Shown here: in pieces, positions 24,718-35,188 of the stretch
Numbering within the stretch: the first letter of the stretch is position 1
Layout: the number at the start of each line of letters is the position of its first letter
NCBI GenBank assembly: GCA_020849765.1
Contig: JADLAY010000017.1
Span: 44,906 to 108,905 of the forward strand
DNA length: 64,000 bases
From: Anaerolineae bacterium
Lineage (GTDB): Bacteria; Chloroflexota; Anaerolineae; Aggregatilineales; Phototrophicaceae
Reading direction: 5' to 3'
The notes under the pieces: model-generated
Databases searched by the model: none
What the model was told of the DNA's origin: nothing
The model's input: the letters and a program-made list of their open reading frames with translations, nothing else
Made by a program: the position numbers and the translations under genes

Positions 24718-25862
24718 CCAGCAGGGCGAATACTCGAGGCAGCTTCGATATGAGCGGAGGCTGCCTCTGTCCATGCATCCGCATGGCCGATCGCCCCCTC
24801 CAGCACATCCTCTCGCAAGATCTGCCTCATCTTCTCCGGTTGTTCGTGGAACGGACTGTGAGCGGACTGCTCGAAGGTGTAGAAGCCCTTCAGAGGTGCT
24901 TTGATCTGCTCGAAGTATGCCCTGGCTTCCGGATAGGATGTCGTGTAATCGTGGCTGCCATGCACGAAATAGACGGGCAGCTTCAGTTCCGTCACCACTT
25001 GCGTCAGATCGGTGGCGAGGAGCTGCTCCCACAAGACGGCCCTGGAGAAGAACTTGCCGCGCCACAGGCTGATCTTTTCGCTGACCGTGTATTCCGGGCT
25101 CAGCCAAGATCGCAGGAAGATGCCCGTGATGACCGACCTCATGTCGCGCGTCGTGCCGATGCCAAGGCTGTGCATGGCGTCGTCGCGCAGTGCGTTGTAC
25201 GCCGCGGGCAGCCCATCCGTCATCGTGACGGGCGCTTGCTCTAGCTTGCGCGCCATCCTCCGGTTGCCGTTGGCCTTGAACTGCTGAAGCATGTAGTCGT
25301 AGGCCCACTTTTCGGACTTCAGCTGGTACGTCACCTGGCTGATGCCGATGTAGGCGTGATAGATTTCCGGTGTCCGTGCCGCGACTTGCAGACCGAGAAA
25401 GCTGCCCCAGGAATGCCCCATCAGGTAGATCTTGTCTTGACCAAAGCGCTGGCGCAGATAATTCGTGACTTCGAGCGTATCCGCGATCAGTTGCTCCACG
25501 GTGAGGGTCGCCGCGGACATCCCGGCATGGTAGGAGAGACCTGCGCCGCGCTGTTCCCACCAGCAGACGGTGAAGTCGTTCTCCAGATCCGCCGGATAAC
25601 GCCGGTTGAGGAAGTATGTCGGCATTCCAGGGCCGCCGTGAAGGAAGAGCAGCACCGGCTTCGATAGATCCTTGCTCCTGATGAACATGCCCTGGGCCAG
25701 GCCGTTGATGTTGACATGGATCTTTTCGGACAGGCTGCCCGTCAGTGGGTTGCCATCTTCATCGAGGAGCGGCGCCGGTCTTCCGTGACTCCAGAGCAGC
25801 AGCGCGCCGACCGGCATGAGAAGGCAAATCAACAGGATCGTGATTGCAGGCAACATAGGCAT
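24714..25862 (-). CDS. Alpha/beta hydrolase (proline iminopeptidase/epoxide-hydrolase-like), membrane-anchored
   Basis: HGGPG oxyanion motif (LLFLHGGPGMP). Nucleophile elbow GHSWG. N-terminal TM. Confidence 0.8.
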   Translation of the reverse strand: MPMLPAITILLICLLMPVGALLLWSHGRPAPLLDEDGNPLTGSLSEKIHVNINGLAQGMFIRSKDLSKPVLLFLHGGPGMPTYFLNRRYPADLENDFTVCWWEQRGAGLSYHAGMSAATLTVEQLIADTLEVTNYLRQRFGQDKIYLMGHSWGSFLGLQVAARTPEIYHAYIGISQVTYQLKSEKWAYDYMLQQFKANGNRRMARKLEQAPVTMTDGLPAAYNALRDDAMHSLGIGTTRDMRSVITGIFLRSWLSPEYTVSEKISLWRGKFFSRAVLWEQLLATDLTQVVTELKLPVYFVHGSHDYTTSYPEARAYFEQIKAPLKGFYTFEQSAHSPFHEQPEKMRQILREDVLEGAIGHADAWTEAASAHIEAASSIRPAG

Positions 25863-25999
25863 CCCGTTTCGCAGAGGGAAGGAGGGAAAATCGCCGGGCT
25901 TTGTCTCCGTTTGTCGTTGGGGGAATTAAGGTCACGCTAGACGTGCCGGAGTCCGATAAGGCCGAACTCCGGCACGATTCTGCGCCGCAGCCGAGTCCG

Positions 26000-26494
26000 T
26001 TACGACTCGTTTACAGGCGTGCGCCTGATACGGCGGATGATGTAACGCAGGGTGCCATCCGGCACTTTGACTTCGATCACGTCGCCCTTCTGGCAGCCGA
26101 GCAGGATCTTGCCGACCGGCGATTCGACTGAGACGCCGTCGCCCAGGTAGGCGACTTCCTCGTGGCTGCGCAGGACGAAGGTATCCGTTTCGCTGGTGTC
26201 GATGTCTTCGATGGTGACTTCGTCGCCCATGTCGACGCGATGCGGATCGGGATCTTCCTCAATGATCTCCGCCCGGTCGAGCACCGAACGCAAATAATTG
26301 ATGCGCTCGTCCAGATATTCTTTCTGCACGCGCGATTCGTAATCCGTGCCCTCGTCGTCCGGCTGCAGACCGCCCTCGCGGCGGATGTCGATCAGCTGTT
26401 CGGTCACCTGACGCTGGCGCTCGAGTAAAGCGTCGAGCTCGCGCTTGAGATTGTCATAACCCTGGCGTGTGAGTGTGAAGTTTTCAGCAGCCAT
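26000..26494 (-). CDS. greA: Transcription elongation factor GreA
   Basis: 164 aa from ATG 26492-26494. MAAENFTLTRQGYDNLKRELDAL.. coiled-coil N-terminus and a C-terminal ..SVESPVGKILLGCQKGDVIEVKVP.. motif. Confidence 0.9.
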   Translation of the reverse strand: MAAENFTLTRQGYDNLKRELDALLERQRQVTEQLIDIRREGGLQPDDEGTDYESRVQKEYLDERINYLRSVLDRAEIIEEDPDPHRVDMGDEVTIEDIDTSETDTFVLRSHEEVAYLGDGVSVESPVGKILLGCQKGDVIEVKVPDGTLRYIIRRIRRTPVNES

Positions 26495-26701
26495 TGCACG
26501 CCTCCAATTGTGCGTGTGGTGATTATCCTGAATTGTAGGGCCTTTTGCCCGGACATAGGACAGGGTTCGCGGGTGATGTTCGGCATGTTTACCGGTTGGT
26601 GAGTGAATGGCGACATCTATGGTAATCGCCCCTGTTTCTGTGTAGGATGGAGACTGACACGCGACTCTGGCGTAATGGAGTAGTAAAGCAAGGATAAGCA
26701 G

Positions 26702-27802
26702 ATGCATCGACTTTTTCTGATAGGGGCGGCGCTCGCGGCGGTTTTATTGATCGGCGTGCAGGTGACCGTCGCACAAGACCCGACGGCGACGACTGAGATG
26801 GCCGAGACGGTGGAGAGCCCCATCCCGGAGAACATTCGCCAGTCATTGCTGGCGGGTGGCGTCAATTTGCAGTTTGGCTTTTATGATACGGACAATTACG
26901 AGCCGGAGTCGTTTGACGAGGAACTGCCGTTGATCGCCGAGGCGGGCGCGCGCCACGTGCGGCTGCCGATCAGCATGGACATTCTCGAACGCGATCAAAC
27001 CGGGCGCCTGCGCAGCGACCGCTTCGCCGACGTCAAGCGCTTCGTCGAGCTGGCGCAGTCATACGGCCTGCTCACGATCATCGACGTGCACAACACCGGC
27101 CTGCGCGAATGCGACGGCTGCCCATGGACAGAAAATTACATGTGGGGCGTGGACGTGCCGAGTGTGCGCGAGCGCCACACCAGCCTGATGGTGGCGCTGG
27201 TCACAGAGTTGTATCGCAGTGGTCTGGATCGCGATTGGTTCGTCGTTCAGCCCGCCAACGAGCCGATCTTCTCCAGCAATCCAGGCGACTGGTACGCATA
27301 TCAGGCGGAACTGCTCGGCGAAATGCGCCAGGAGTGCCCGGACTGTGTGTTCTTCGCCATGGCCCACGACTGGCAGAGCATCCAGGCGACCGTCGACAAC
27401 CTCAATCCCCCGCTTGACGATCCGCTGCTCATCTACGACGTGCATTTCTACGAGCCGCTGGCGCTGACTCACTGCGCATTTCCGGGCCAGGAGAACACCT
27501 GCCTCGGATTGGAATACCCCGGCACGTTTACTTCGTGGCGCGGCGAGGAATACTGGGACAAGGCCAAGATCGAAGAGACCTTCCAGCCGCTCGTCAACTG
27601 GCGCGATCAGTATGGCGTGATGGTGCACTTCAGCGAGGTCGGCACTGCTGACCTGCTGGCCGAAGATGTGCGCGCCCATTACCTCGGCGACGTGGTGTCG
27701 ACCCTGCGTGAAGACGGCTTCGGCTACTCGATCTTCGAGTGGCACCGCAACTTCGGCGTCAAGGGCTTCCCGGACGTGCTGGCGGCGGTCTTCCCTAACT
27801 AG
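26702..27802 (+). CDS. Secreted glycoside hydrolase family 5 (cellulase-like)
   Basis: Signal peptide MHRLFLIGAALAAVLLIGVQVTVAQ. RHVRLPI, IIDVHN and QPANEP (catalytic acid/base NEP) motifs. Confidence 0.75.
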   Translation: MHRLFLIGAALAAVLLIGVQVTVAQDPTATTEMAETVESPIPENIRQSLLAGGVNLQFGFYDTDNYEPESFDEELPLIAEAGARHVRLPISMDILERDQTGRLRSDRFADVKRFVELAQSYGLLTIIDVHNTGLRECDGCPWTENYMWGVDVPSVRERHTSLMVALVTELYRSGLDRDWFVVQPANEPIFSSNPGDWYAYQAELLGEMRQECPDCVFFAMAHDWQSIQATVDNLNPPLDDPLLIYDVHFYEPLALTHCAFPGQENTCLGLEYPGTFTSWRGEEYWDKAKIEETFQPLVNWRDQYGVMVHFSEVGTADLLAEDVRAHYLGDVVSTLREDGFGYSIFEWHRNFGVKGFPDVLAAVFPN

Positions 27803-27825
27803 AAACGGCCACAATCCCCTACGGA

Positions 27826-27870
27826 TAAAAACAGGCGGCGCATCGGTCAAAGATGCGCCGCCTGTTTGTT
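27826..27870. terminator. Bidirectional rho-independent terminator
   Basis: AAAA-ACAGGCGGCGCATC-N7-GATGCGCCGCCTGT-TTTGTT (14-bp stem) between convergent genes. Confidence 0.8.
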
Positions 27871-27891
27871 CTCGAACTGTGATACACGGAC

Positions 27892-28428
27892 TCAGCGGGC
27901 GAAGATCGAGATGGTGCCGCTCTCGCCGACCGAGCGCCCATCGACGAACTGCACGGTACTGCTGACGATCACATCCGCCAGGTACAGGTCGGCATACGCG
28001 CCGGACACCGACAGGATCACCCCGGTCGCACGGATGGTAGCCAGGTCTTCACCTTCGGGGTGATGGAAGTTGCCCGCATAATAGCCCTCGATCATGCCGG
28101 CCTCGGTTTCAATCGTGAACATGACCGTCACCTGATGAAATGGCGGTGACGGATTGGACGTCATCTCGCTGACGCGCGCCGTGATGGTGCCCGCGAGCGT
28201 GCCGCTCGCCGACCCCGCCGACATGATGCGGAAGGTCATGCGCCCGTCCGTCAGCAGTTCGATCGTGGGCGGCCCGGCAGCCGCGGTGCTGAAATCCACG
28301 ACGACGGGCGTGCTCGCAAGATTGATGGGTTCAATCATGTCCGCCTCCTGAGCCAGCGCCATGCCGGACAGGCCGACAATAGCGAGGCAGACGACCAACA
28401 GGGTGAGAAAGTGGCTTCGCTTCAACAT
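27892..28428 (-). CDS. Secreted hypothetical protein
   Basis: 178 aa. Signal peptide MLKRSHFLTLLVVCLAIVGLSGMALAQ. No recognisable motif. Confidence 0.55.
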   Translation of the reverse strand: MLKRSHFLTLLVVCLAIVGLSGMALAQEADMIEPINLASTPVVVDFSTAAAGPPTIELLTDGRMTFRIMSAGSASGTLAGTITARVSEMTSNPSPPFHQVTVMFTIETEAGMIEGYYAGNFHHPEGEDLATIRATGVILSVSGAYADLYLADVIVSSTVQFVDGRSVGESGTISIFAR

Positions 28429-28568
28429 GGTTCGCTCCTGAAATAGTGAATGGACTTCTCCAATGAACCATGTTCAGGCGGCAAACCGAAGGCGTCATCC
28501 GCACAAAAAACCGTACAATGATCTCATAATAGCTATTTTACGAAAACTCAGGCAATTTACGGGGTTTG

Positions 28569-30917
28569 ATGGTTCAGGAAATCACCTTCAGTCAATGGCT
28601 CAAGACGCGGCGCAAACTGTTGGATCTCACACAGCAGGCGCTGGCGGATCGCATCCACTGCTCGGTCGAGACGATCTTCAAGATCGAAGCCGGGCAGCGC
28701 CGCCCCTCACCGCAGATCGCGCGGCTGATCGCCGACGAGCTGAACATCCCGGCGCATGAGCAAGACGACTTCATCGGCTTCGCGCGCGCCGAAGCGCCAA
28801 CCCGCCTGCACAGCCACCGAGTCGAGTTCACGCCCTGGCGCGACGCCTTCATTCCCCAGCACAATCTGCCGCTGCAGTTCACGGCGTTGATCGGGCGCGA
28901 GCAGCACGCCCAGGAAGCGCTCGTGCGCCTGCGCGAGGAAGACGTGCGCCTGCTGACGATTCTGGGGCCGCCCGGCATCGGCAAAACCCGGCTCGCGATC
29001 CAACTGGGCAGCGACGCCCTGCTCGACTTCCCCGACGGCGTCACGTTCGTCGAGCTGGCCTCCGTCACCCAGCCTGACCGCGTGATCCCGGCCATCGCCC
29101 GCACGCTCGACATCTCGATTGCCGGTCACAAGAAGCCGCTCGAAAGCCTGCAAGCCTATCTCTACGAGCGGCACACACTGCTCATCCTCGACAACTTCGA
29201 GCAAATCCTGGACGCAGCGCCCGACGTGCATGCCCTGCTGGCCGCCTGCCCGCTGATCAAGGTGGTCGCCACCAGCCGCGCGCCGCTCCGTCTGCGCGGC
29301 GAACGGCAGTTCCCGTTACAACCGCTGGCGCTGCCCGCACGCATCAACGATCTGAATGTCCACGGGCTGGCAGGCTATGCGTCCATCCAGTTGTTCGTCG
29401 ACCGGGCACGAGCTGTACAGCCCGGCTTCGCGCTGAGCGCCGATAATGCCGCCGCGCTGGCTGCCATCTGCGCCCGGCTTGACGGCCTGCCGCTCGCCAT
29501 CGAGATCGTCGCGGCGCAGGTGGCCGTGCTGCAACCGGAGGAAATCCTCGATCATCTGACCGGGCGGCGACTGCTGCAAAGCCAGGGCATGGCCGATGCT
29601 GATCCGCGCCATCAAACACTGAACGCTGCCATCGACTGGAGCTATCGCCAGCTTCATGACGACGAGCAGGTCTTCTTCCGGCGTATGGGCATCTTCGTCG
29701 ATGGCTGTGCGCTCGAAGCCGCTCAGGCTGTCTGCCAGCCGGAGCAGGACATTGTCCAGGTGCTGTCCAAGCTCGTGAGCATGAATCTGCTCAAACGCGA
29801 AACGGGCGCGGGGGGCGCATCCCGCTACCAGATGCTGGATACACTGCGCGCCTTCGCCCGCCAGGAACTGCATGCGCAAGCTGAATGGGATCCGCTTCTA
29901 TCACGCCACGCCGCTTATTTCCACGACTTCGCCCTGGCGCAAGAGGCGAGCGTGCGCAGTCACGGTCAGGTCGACGGCCTGGAGCGCGTCGAGCGCGAGC
30001 ACAGCAATCTTCAGGCGGCGCTGGATTACTTCCTGGCGACAGGGGCATGGGCGCAAGGGCTGACGCTGGCCGGGGCGCTGATCGAGTTCTGGGTCTATCG
30101 CAACCACCTGCTCGTCGGCCTGGATTACGTTCGCGCGTTCCTGGATGCCACGGCGGGCGATCCAGCGCTGCACGCGAGCCGGGCGCGGCTGTTGAACGGC
30201 GCGGCTATCCTGGCCTATTTTGCCGGGGATTATGCCGCCATCGGCCCCTATGCCGAAGCGGCACTCGCGGCAGCACAATCGGCCAACAACCCGCGCGAGA
30301 TCGCCTGGGCCTGCGCCAACCTGGGCATGATGAGCGGCGGCATGCACGATTTCGCAGCGGCGATCCGGTTCTTCGAGCAGGGCATGGCTGCAGCTCAAGA
30401 AGCCGATCTCCCATGGGAGACGGGCAGCCTGCTCAACGGCCTGGGCGAAGTCGCGCGCAGCCAGCGGCGCTATGAGGAAGCGATGCGCTACTACCAGCGC
30501 GGGCTTGCCGATGCCCGAAAGCTGGGGAATCACTGGCTCGCGGCGCACATCCTCGACAACATTGCGCACGCTGCCTATGCCCAGGGGCAGTTCGAGGTCG
30601 CCGCCGCATACACGCGCCAGAGCCTGGAGGCGAGCATGATCCTGGGCGACGAACGCGGCATCGCCATGTGCCTGGAGAAGATGGGCGGGATCGCCATCGC
30701 CAGCGGCGCGCCCGAACGGGCAGCGCACCTCCTCGGCGCGGCGGAAGCCCTGCGCAAAGCCAAGAACGCGCCGGTCGAGGGCATGGATGCCGAGGATTAT
30801 CATCGCTTCGTGGCCGACGTGCGCCAACAGCTCGCCCCGGATGCGCTCGAAGCAGCCTGGCAGTTCGGGGGGCAAACGCCCCTGGCGCAGATCATCGATC
30901 AGGTGCTCAACGGCTGA
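28569..30917 (+). CDS. STAND-type regulator: XRE HTH + NB-ARC/AAA ATPase + TPR repeats
   Basis: HTH FSQWLKTRRKLLDLTQQALADRIHCSVETIFKIEAG. Walker A LGPPGIGKTRLA. Walker B LLILDNFEQ. The C-terminal half is TPR-like. Confidence 0.8.
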   Translation: MVQEITFSQWLKTRRKLLDLTQQALADRIHCSVETIFKIEAGQRRPSPQIARLIADELNIPAHEQDDFIGFARAEAPTRLHSHRVEFTPWRDAFIPQHNLPLQFTALIGREQHAQEALVRLREEDVRLLTILGPPGIGKTRLAIQLGSDALLDFPDGVTFVELASVTQPDRVIPAIARTLDISIAGHKKPLESLQAYLYERHTLLILDNFEQILDAAPDVHALLAACPLIKVVATSRAPLRLRGERQFPLQPLALPARINDLNVHGLAGYASIQLFVDRARAVQPGFALSADNAAALAAICARLDGLPLAIEIVAAQVAVLQPEEILDHLTGRRLLQSQGMADADPRHQTLNAAIDWSYRQLHDDEQVFFRRMGIFVDGCALEAAQAVCQPEQDIVQVLSKLVSMNLLKRETGAGGASRYQMLDTLRAFARQELHAQAEWDPLLSRHAAYFHDFALAQEASVRSHGQVDGLERVEREHSNLQAALDYFLATGAWAQGLTLAGALIEFWVYRNHLLVGLDYVRAFLDATAGDPALHASRARLLNGAAILAYFAGDYAAIGPYAEAALAAAQSANNPREIAWACANLGMMSGGMHDFAAAIRFFEQGMAAAQEADLPWETGSLLNGLGEVARSQRRYEEAMRYYQRGLADARKLGNHWLAAHILDNIAHAAYAQGQFEVAAAYTRQSLEASMILGDERGIAMCLEKMGGIAIASGAPERAAHLLGAAEALRKAKNAPVEGMDAEDYHRFVADVRQQLAPDALEAAWQFGGQTPLAQIIDQVLNG

Positions 30918-31079
30918 CAAACAAGGGCGACTCTGGCCTGCCACGGCAGAATTTACGCCGTATTTACGCGACCCCCTAAACTGTAGGTGGCCCGCCACAT
31001 CAAATTTATCCTAAATTAAGAGGGTGCGGCGCGTGCTTCTGGTGCGCGTCGCTTCTATTTGTAGGGTGGGAGGTGGGCC

Positions 31080-32921
31080 ATGTTTGATTTCCTTATTATC
31101 GCGGTGCCAGTACTCGTGGTACTGGTCGTCCTGGTGGTCGTGCTGCCGGGCCTGCTGCTCGGCCTGACGATCATCGGTGAGCGCCAGGTTGGCGTCGTCG
31201 TCAAGCGCTTTGCAGTGAGCGGGAAGTCGCTGACTCCCGGCCAACTGATCGCGCTCAACGGTGAGGCGGGTTACCAGGCGGATACGCTGGCGCCAGGTTG
31301 GCATTTCGGTTACTGGTCGTGGATGTACAACGTCGTCAAAGTGCCGGTGACCGTGATTCCGCAGGGCGAAATCGGCCTGATCGTCGCGGCGGGCGGTGCG
31401 GCTGTCCCAGCGGATCGCATCCTGGGCAAAGTCGTCGATTGCGATAACTTCCAGGACGCGCGTGCCTTCTTGACGCATGGCGGCGAAAAAGGCCGCCAGC
31501 TCGGCATCCTGACGGCGGGCAGCTACCGCATCAACACGGCGCTGTTCACCGTGATCACACGGCGCAATGCCGACCAGAACGACATGAATCCGGACGATCT
31601 GATGGTCCGTTCGATCGAGCCGGATAAGGTCGGCATCCTGACGACGCTGGACGGCGCGCCGATTCTCGATGGTGAGATCGCGGCGCTGTTCCTGCCGGGG
31701 CACGATAACTTCCAGAATGCGCAGGCCTTCATCGACAATGGCGGCCAGCGCGGTCTGCAGGAGCAGGTGCTGCTGTCCGGCAGTTGGAATCTCAACCCGT
31801 GGTTCGTCAAGGTCGAGCAGGTGCCGATGACGGAGATCCCGATCGGCCACGTCGGCGTGGTCATCTCGTTCATCGGTAAGGCACACGTCGACATCAGCGG
31901 CACGGAGTTTAAGCACGGTGACCTGGTCAACACCGGTCACAAGGGCGTGTGGGCGATCCCGCTCTACCCCGGCAAACACCCGATCAACACGCGAGTCATG
32001 CGGGTCGAGCTGGTGCCGACGACCAACATCGTGCTCAACTGGTCGAACCGGATCGAAGCGCATCATTATGATGCCCGTCTGTCGTCGATCACTGTGCGCT
32101 CGCATGATGGCTTCGGCTTCAGCCTGGACGTCTCGCAGGTGATCCACGTCGGTGCGCTGGAAGCGCCGCGCGTCATCTCGCGCGTCGGCTCAGTGCAGAA
32201 TCTGGTCGATCACGTGCTGGAGCCGATCGTCGCCAACTACTTCCGCAATGCGGCCCAGTCGTACACCGTGCTCGACTTCCTGATCGCACGCAGCGATCGC
32301 CAGCACGAGGCGGCTGAACACATCGGGCGCGCGCTGCGGCTGTACGACGTCGAAGCCATCGATACGCTGATCGGCGACATCAACCCGCCGGCAGAGCTGA
32401 TGGCGACGCTGACCGACCGCAAGATCGCGGAGGAGCAGAACAAGACTTACCGCGTGCAGCAGGAAGCGCAGGCGCAGCGCCAGCAGCTCGTGCGCGCGAC
32501 TTCCCTGGCGGACATCCAGCAGGAGGTCGTCCACAGCGAGCAGGGCGTCAACATTGCCGAACTGCAAGCGCAGGCGGCCATCAAGCAGGCGAGCGGCGAC
32601 GCCGAGTCGATCAAGCTGCGCGCTCAGGGTGAAGCTGAGGCCATTCGTGCCCGCGGCGAAGCCCAGGCCGATGCTTACCGCGCCGGTGCCGAAGCGATGG
32701 GCGAGCAGGGCTACACCGCCGTGCAGCTCATGCAGATCGTCGGCGACCGCGGCGTGCGGATCATCCCGGACATCATGGTCGGTGGTCAGGGTCAGGGCGG
32801 CGGCAGCATGGTCGAGGCGCTGCTCGGCCTGCTCATGACGCAGCAGCTCGGCCAGGGGCACAAGCCGGTCACGGTCGAGTCCAACGGCGCGACCAACGGC
32901 AAGACTGAGCCGTCCGCGTAA
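31080..32921 (+). CDS. Flotillin / SPFH-domain membrane-scaffold protein
   Basis: N-terminal TM (LIIAVPVLVVLVVLVVVLPGLLLGL), an SPFH region, and a long Ala/Glu/Gln-rich coiled coil (..AQAQRQQL..AELQAQAAIKQA..). Confidence 0.8.
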   Translation: MFDFLIIAVPVLVVLVVLVVVLPGLLLGLTIIGERQVGVVVKRFAVSGKSLTPGQLIALNGEAGYQADTLAPGWHFGYWSWMYNVVKVPVTVIPQGEIGLIVAAGGAAVPADRILGKVVDCDNFQDARAFLTHGGEKGRQLGILTAGSYRINTALFTVITRRNADQNDMNPDDLMVRSIEPDKVGILTTLDGAPILDGEIAALFLPGHDNFQNAQAFIDNGGQRGLQEQVLLSGSWNLNPWFVKVEQVPMTEIPIGHVGVVISFIGKAHVDISGTEFKHGDLVNTGHKGVWAIPLYPGKHPINTRVMRVELVPTTNIVLNWSNRIEAHHYDARLSSITVRSHDGFGFSLDVSQVIHVGALEAPRVISRVGSVQNLVDHVLEPIVANYFRNAAQSYTVLDFLIARSDRQHEAAEHIGRALRLYDVEAIDTLIGDINPPAELMATLTDRKIAEEQNKTYRVQQEAQAQRQQLVRATSLADIQQEVVHSEQGVNIAELQAQAAIKQASGDAESIKLRAQGEAEAIRARGEAQADAYRAGAEAMGEQGYTAVQLMQIVGDRGVRIIPDIMVGGQGQGGGSMVEALLGLLMTQQLGQGHKPVTVESNGATNGKTEPSA

Positions 32922-32932
32922 GGCAGTATGCG

Positions 32933-32960
32933 GTGGGGCGAGGATTGCGCCTCGCCCCAC
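32933..32960. repeat. REP-like palindrome (GTGG head), probable terminator of the flotillin gene
   Basis: GTGGGGCGAGG-ATTGCG-CCTCGCCCCAC, 12 nt after the TAA stop. Related to the core at 8157-8181. Confidence 0.5.
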
Positions 32961-32970
32961 TGCGATCTTC

Positions 32971-33291
32971 TCACCAGAACAGATCATCCTTCCGCTTTTG
33001 CTTCGAAACCCTCTTCCGTTCTCGCTTCGGCATCACAAATAGGTGCCAGATGATCGCTGTCAGGAGAAATCCGATCACCGGGCTGACCCCGCCCCCTTCC
33101 ATCCACCACAAGGTTTTTACAAACCCAAGACCTGGGAAAACATCGCGAGGATCGAGATCGGCCAGAAACTGCTGCCACGAGAGTTCAATCGCCAGGTATA
33201 TGATTGCGCCAACCACGAGTGTCGATATCACAAACAAGACGCCGAATTGCACATGCCGGGCAGTTTTGCGCTTTGGATCGTGATCGAACAT
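32971..33291 (-). CDS. Small 2-TM membrane protein, function unknown
   Basis: 106 aa. Two hydrophobic helices and a basic C-terminal tail. Confidence 0.5.
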   Translation of the reverse strand: MFDHDPKRKTARHVQFGVLFVISTLVVGAIIYLAIELSWQQFLADLDPRDVFPGLGFVKTLWWMEGGGVSPVIGFLLTAIIWHLFVMPKRERKRVSKQKRKDDLFW

Positions 33292-33379
33292 GGGCCGGTG
33301 ACCTCTCGAACGCGGTCAAGAGCCTGCTTGATAAGGTATATACAGCCTCGGCCTCGGATATTCCCAGTCGACGCCGGGC

Positions 33380-33404
33380 GTAGGGATTTGGCGACGCCAA
33401 ATCC
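33380..33404. repeat. REP-like element (GTAG + perfect palindrome)
   Basis: GTAG-GGATTTGGCG-A-CGCCAAATCC. Confidence 0.55.
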
Positions 33405-33648
33405 TCCACGTGAATCCCTGGCCTGCGACTATTTTCTGGCGGGGCCGGGGTGTGCCGCGTTATACTGCGCACATCTATCTGTAATCGCAATTCAAGAGCG
33501 CCCACGCGCCTCCGTCGCAGACAGATCATCGATCGGCTGGATGGTTCTAAGCGCGCTGATGGCGCAGAGTCCATCAACGAAAATGGACGGCATAGTTTAC
33601 AGATAGCGATACAGAATTATGCCTTTAAAGGAGGCGGTCTTGACTTAC

Positions 33649-34635
33649 ATGCCTGCAGAAACCCGTTATGATTCCATGCGCTACAACCGGACGGGACGCA
33701 GCGGCTTGCTGCTGCCTGCGGTGTCGCTCGGCATCTGGTACAACTTCGGCGGCGTCGATCCGCTGGAAAATGCCCGCGCCATGATCCACAAGGCATTCGA
33801 CCTGGGCATCACGCACATCGACATCGGCAACAACTACGGGCCGCCGCCCGGCTCGGCGGAAGAGACGCTCGGCCGCATTCTGCGCGACGACCTCTCCAGC
33901 TACCGCGACGAACTGGTCATCTCGGACAAGGCCGGTTACTACATGTGGCCCGGCCCTTATGGCGAGTGGGGATCGCGCAAGTACCTGATCGCGAGCTGCG
34001 ACCAGAGCCTCAAGCGCACCGGCCTCGAATACTTTGACATCTTCTACAGCCACCGGCCCGACCCGGACACACCGCTCGAAGAGACGATGGGCGCGCTCGA
34101 CTATATCGTGCGCAGCGGACGCGCGCTCTACGCGGGCATCTCGACCTACAGCCTGGAGCAGACGCGCGAAGCCTCACGCATCCTGCGCGAACTGGGCACG
34201 CCCTGCCTGATCCACCAGCCGCGCTACAACATGTTCGACCGCTGGATCGAGGACGGCCTGCTCGACGTGCTCGAAGAAGAAGGCATCGGCTGCATCGCCT
34301 TCTCGCCGCTGGCGCAGGGCATCCTGACCAACAAGTACATCCGCGAGATGCCGGATGATTCGCGGGCGCAGAAGCTGTCCGGTCGCTTCCACTGGGGCGA
34401 TGAGGTCAGCGAAGATCGTGTCGCTATGGTGCGCAAGCTGAACGAGATTGCCAAGGCGCGCGGGCAGAACATGGCCCAACTGGCCGTCGCCTGGGTGCTG
34501 CGCAACAAGGGCATGACCTCGGCGCTGATCGGCGCCAGCCGCCCGGAGCAGATCGAGGACGTGGTCAAGGCGCTCGACAACCTGGACTTCAGCGACGAAG
34601 AGCTGCAGGCCATCGAAGGCATCCTGGCCGGGTAA
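33649..34635 (+). CDS. Aldo/keto reductase (YghZ/L-glyceraldehyde-3-phosphate reductase-like)
   Basis: MPAETRYDSMRYNRTGRSGLLLPAVSLGIWYNFGG parallels the YghZ N-terminus. An in-frame TTG at 33640 or ATG at 33619 are possible starts. Confidence 0.85.
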   Translation: MPAETRYDSMRYNRTGRSGLLLPAVSLGIWYNFGGVDPLENARAMIHKAFDLGITHIDIGNNYGPPPGSAEETLGRILRDDLSSYRDELVISDKAGYYMWPGPYGEWGSRKYLIASCDQSLKRTGLEYFDIFYSHRPDPDTPLEETMGALDYIVRSGRALYAGISTYSLEQTREASRILRELGTPCLIHQPRYNMFDRWIEDGLLDVLEEEGIGCIAFSPLAQGILTNKYIREMPDDSRAQKLSGRFHWGDEVSEDRVAMVRKLNEIAKARGQNMAQLAVAWVLRNKGMTSALIGASRPEQIEDVVKALDNLDFSDEELQAIEGILAG

Positions 34636-34648
34636 CTCAGGCGGCATT

Positions 34649-35185
34649 GTGCCGGATGTGATCACCGATCTCGCCGAGATCGAGCAGTTGGCGCGGGCGC
34701 GCCGCGACGAATTCGAGATCCTGCGCTACCAGTTGGAAGCGATGGACGACCTCGACGACGCGGCGCTCGACGCCTTTGTCGATGCGGTCGCAGCGCCGAT
34801 CGTTGCGGCCATCGACTGCACGCAGTGCGCCAACTGCTGCCGCTCGCTCCACGTCTACGTCACGGCGGAGGATGCGCAGCGCCTCGCCGATGGACTGCAC
34901 ATTCCCCTCGACGCCATCGAGACGCGCTACATCAATCGCGAGGCCGCGCAGGCGGACGATGAATGGGGCATGCTGCGCGCGCGCCCGTGTGCGTTTCTCC
35001 AGGGTAAGCTGTGTTCGGTCTACGCGCAGCGGCCGGATGCGTGCCGCCGCTATCCGCAGTTCACGCCGGACTTCCGCTGGACGCTGGCGGATACCCTCGA
35101 CGGCGCCGCCCTGTGCCCGATCATCTACAATGTGCTGAGCGAGATCGTCCGCCGCGTCGACGCGGGCGAACTGAAGGAATCCTGA
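34649..35185 (+). CDS. YkgJ-family cysteine-cluster (CxxCxxCC) protein
   Basis: CTQCANCCRS motif plus a downstream Cys pair (CAFL..CSVY..CRRYP). Confidence 0.75.
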   Translation: MPDVITDLAEIEQLARARRDEFEILRYQLEAMDDLDDAALDAFVDAVAAPIVAAIDCTQCANCCRSLHVYVTAEDAQRLADGLHIPLDAIETRYINREAAQADDEWGMLRARPCAFLQGKLCSVYAQRPDACRRYPQFTPDFRWTLADTLDGAALCPIIYNVLSEIVRRVDAGELKES

Positions 35186-35188
35186 CGG

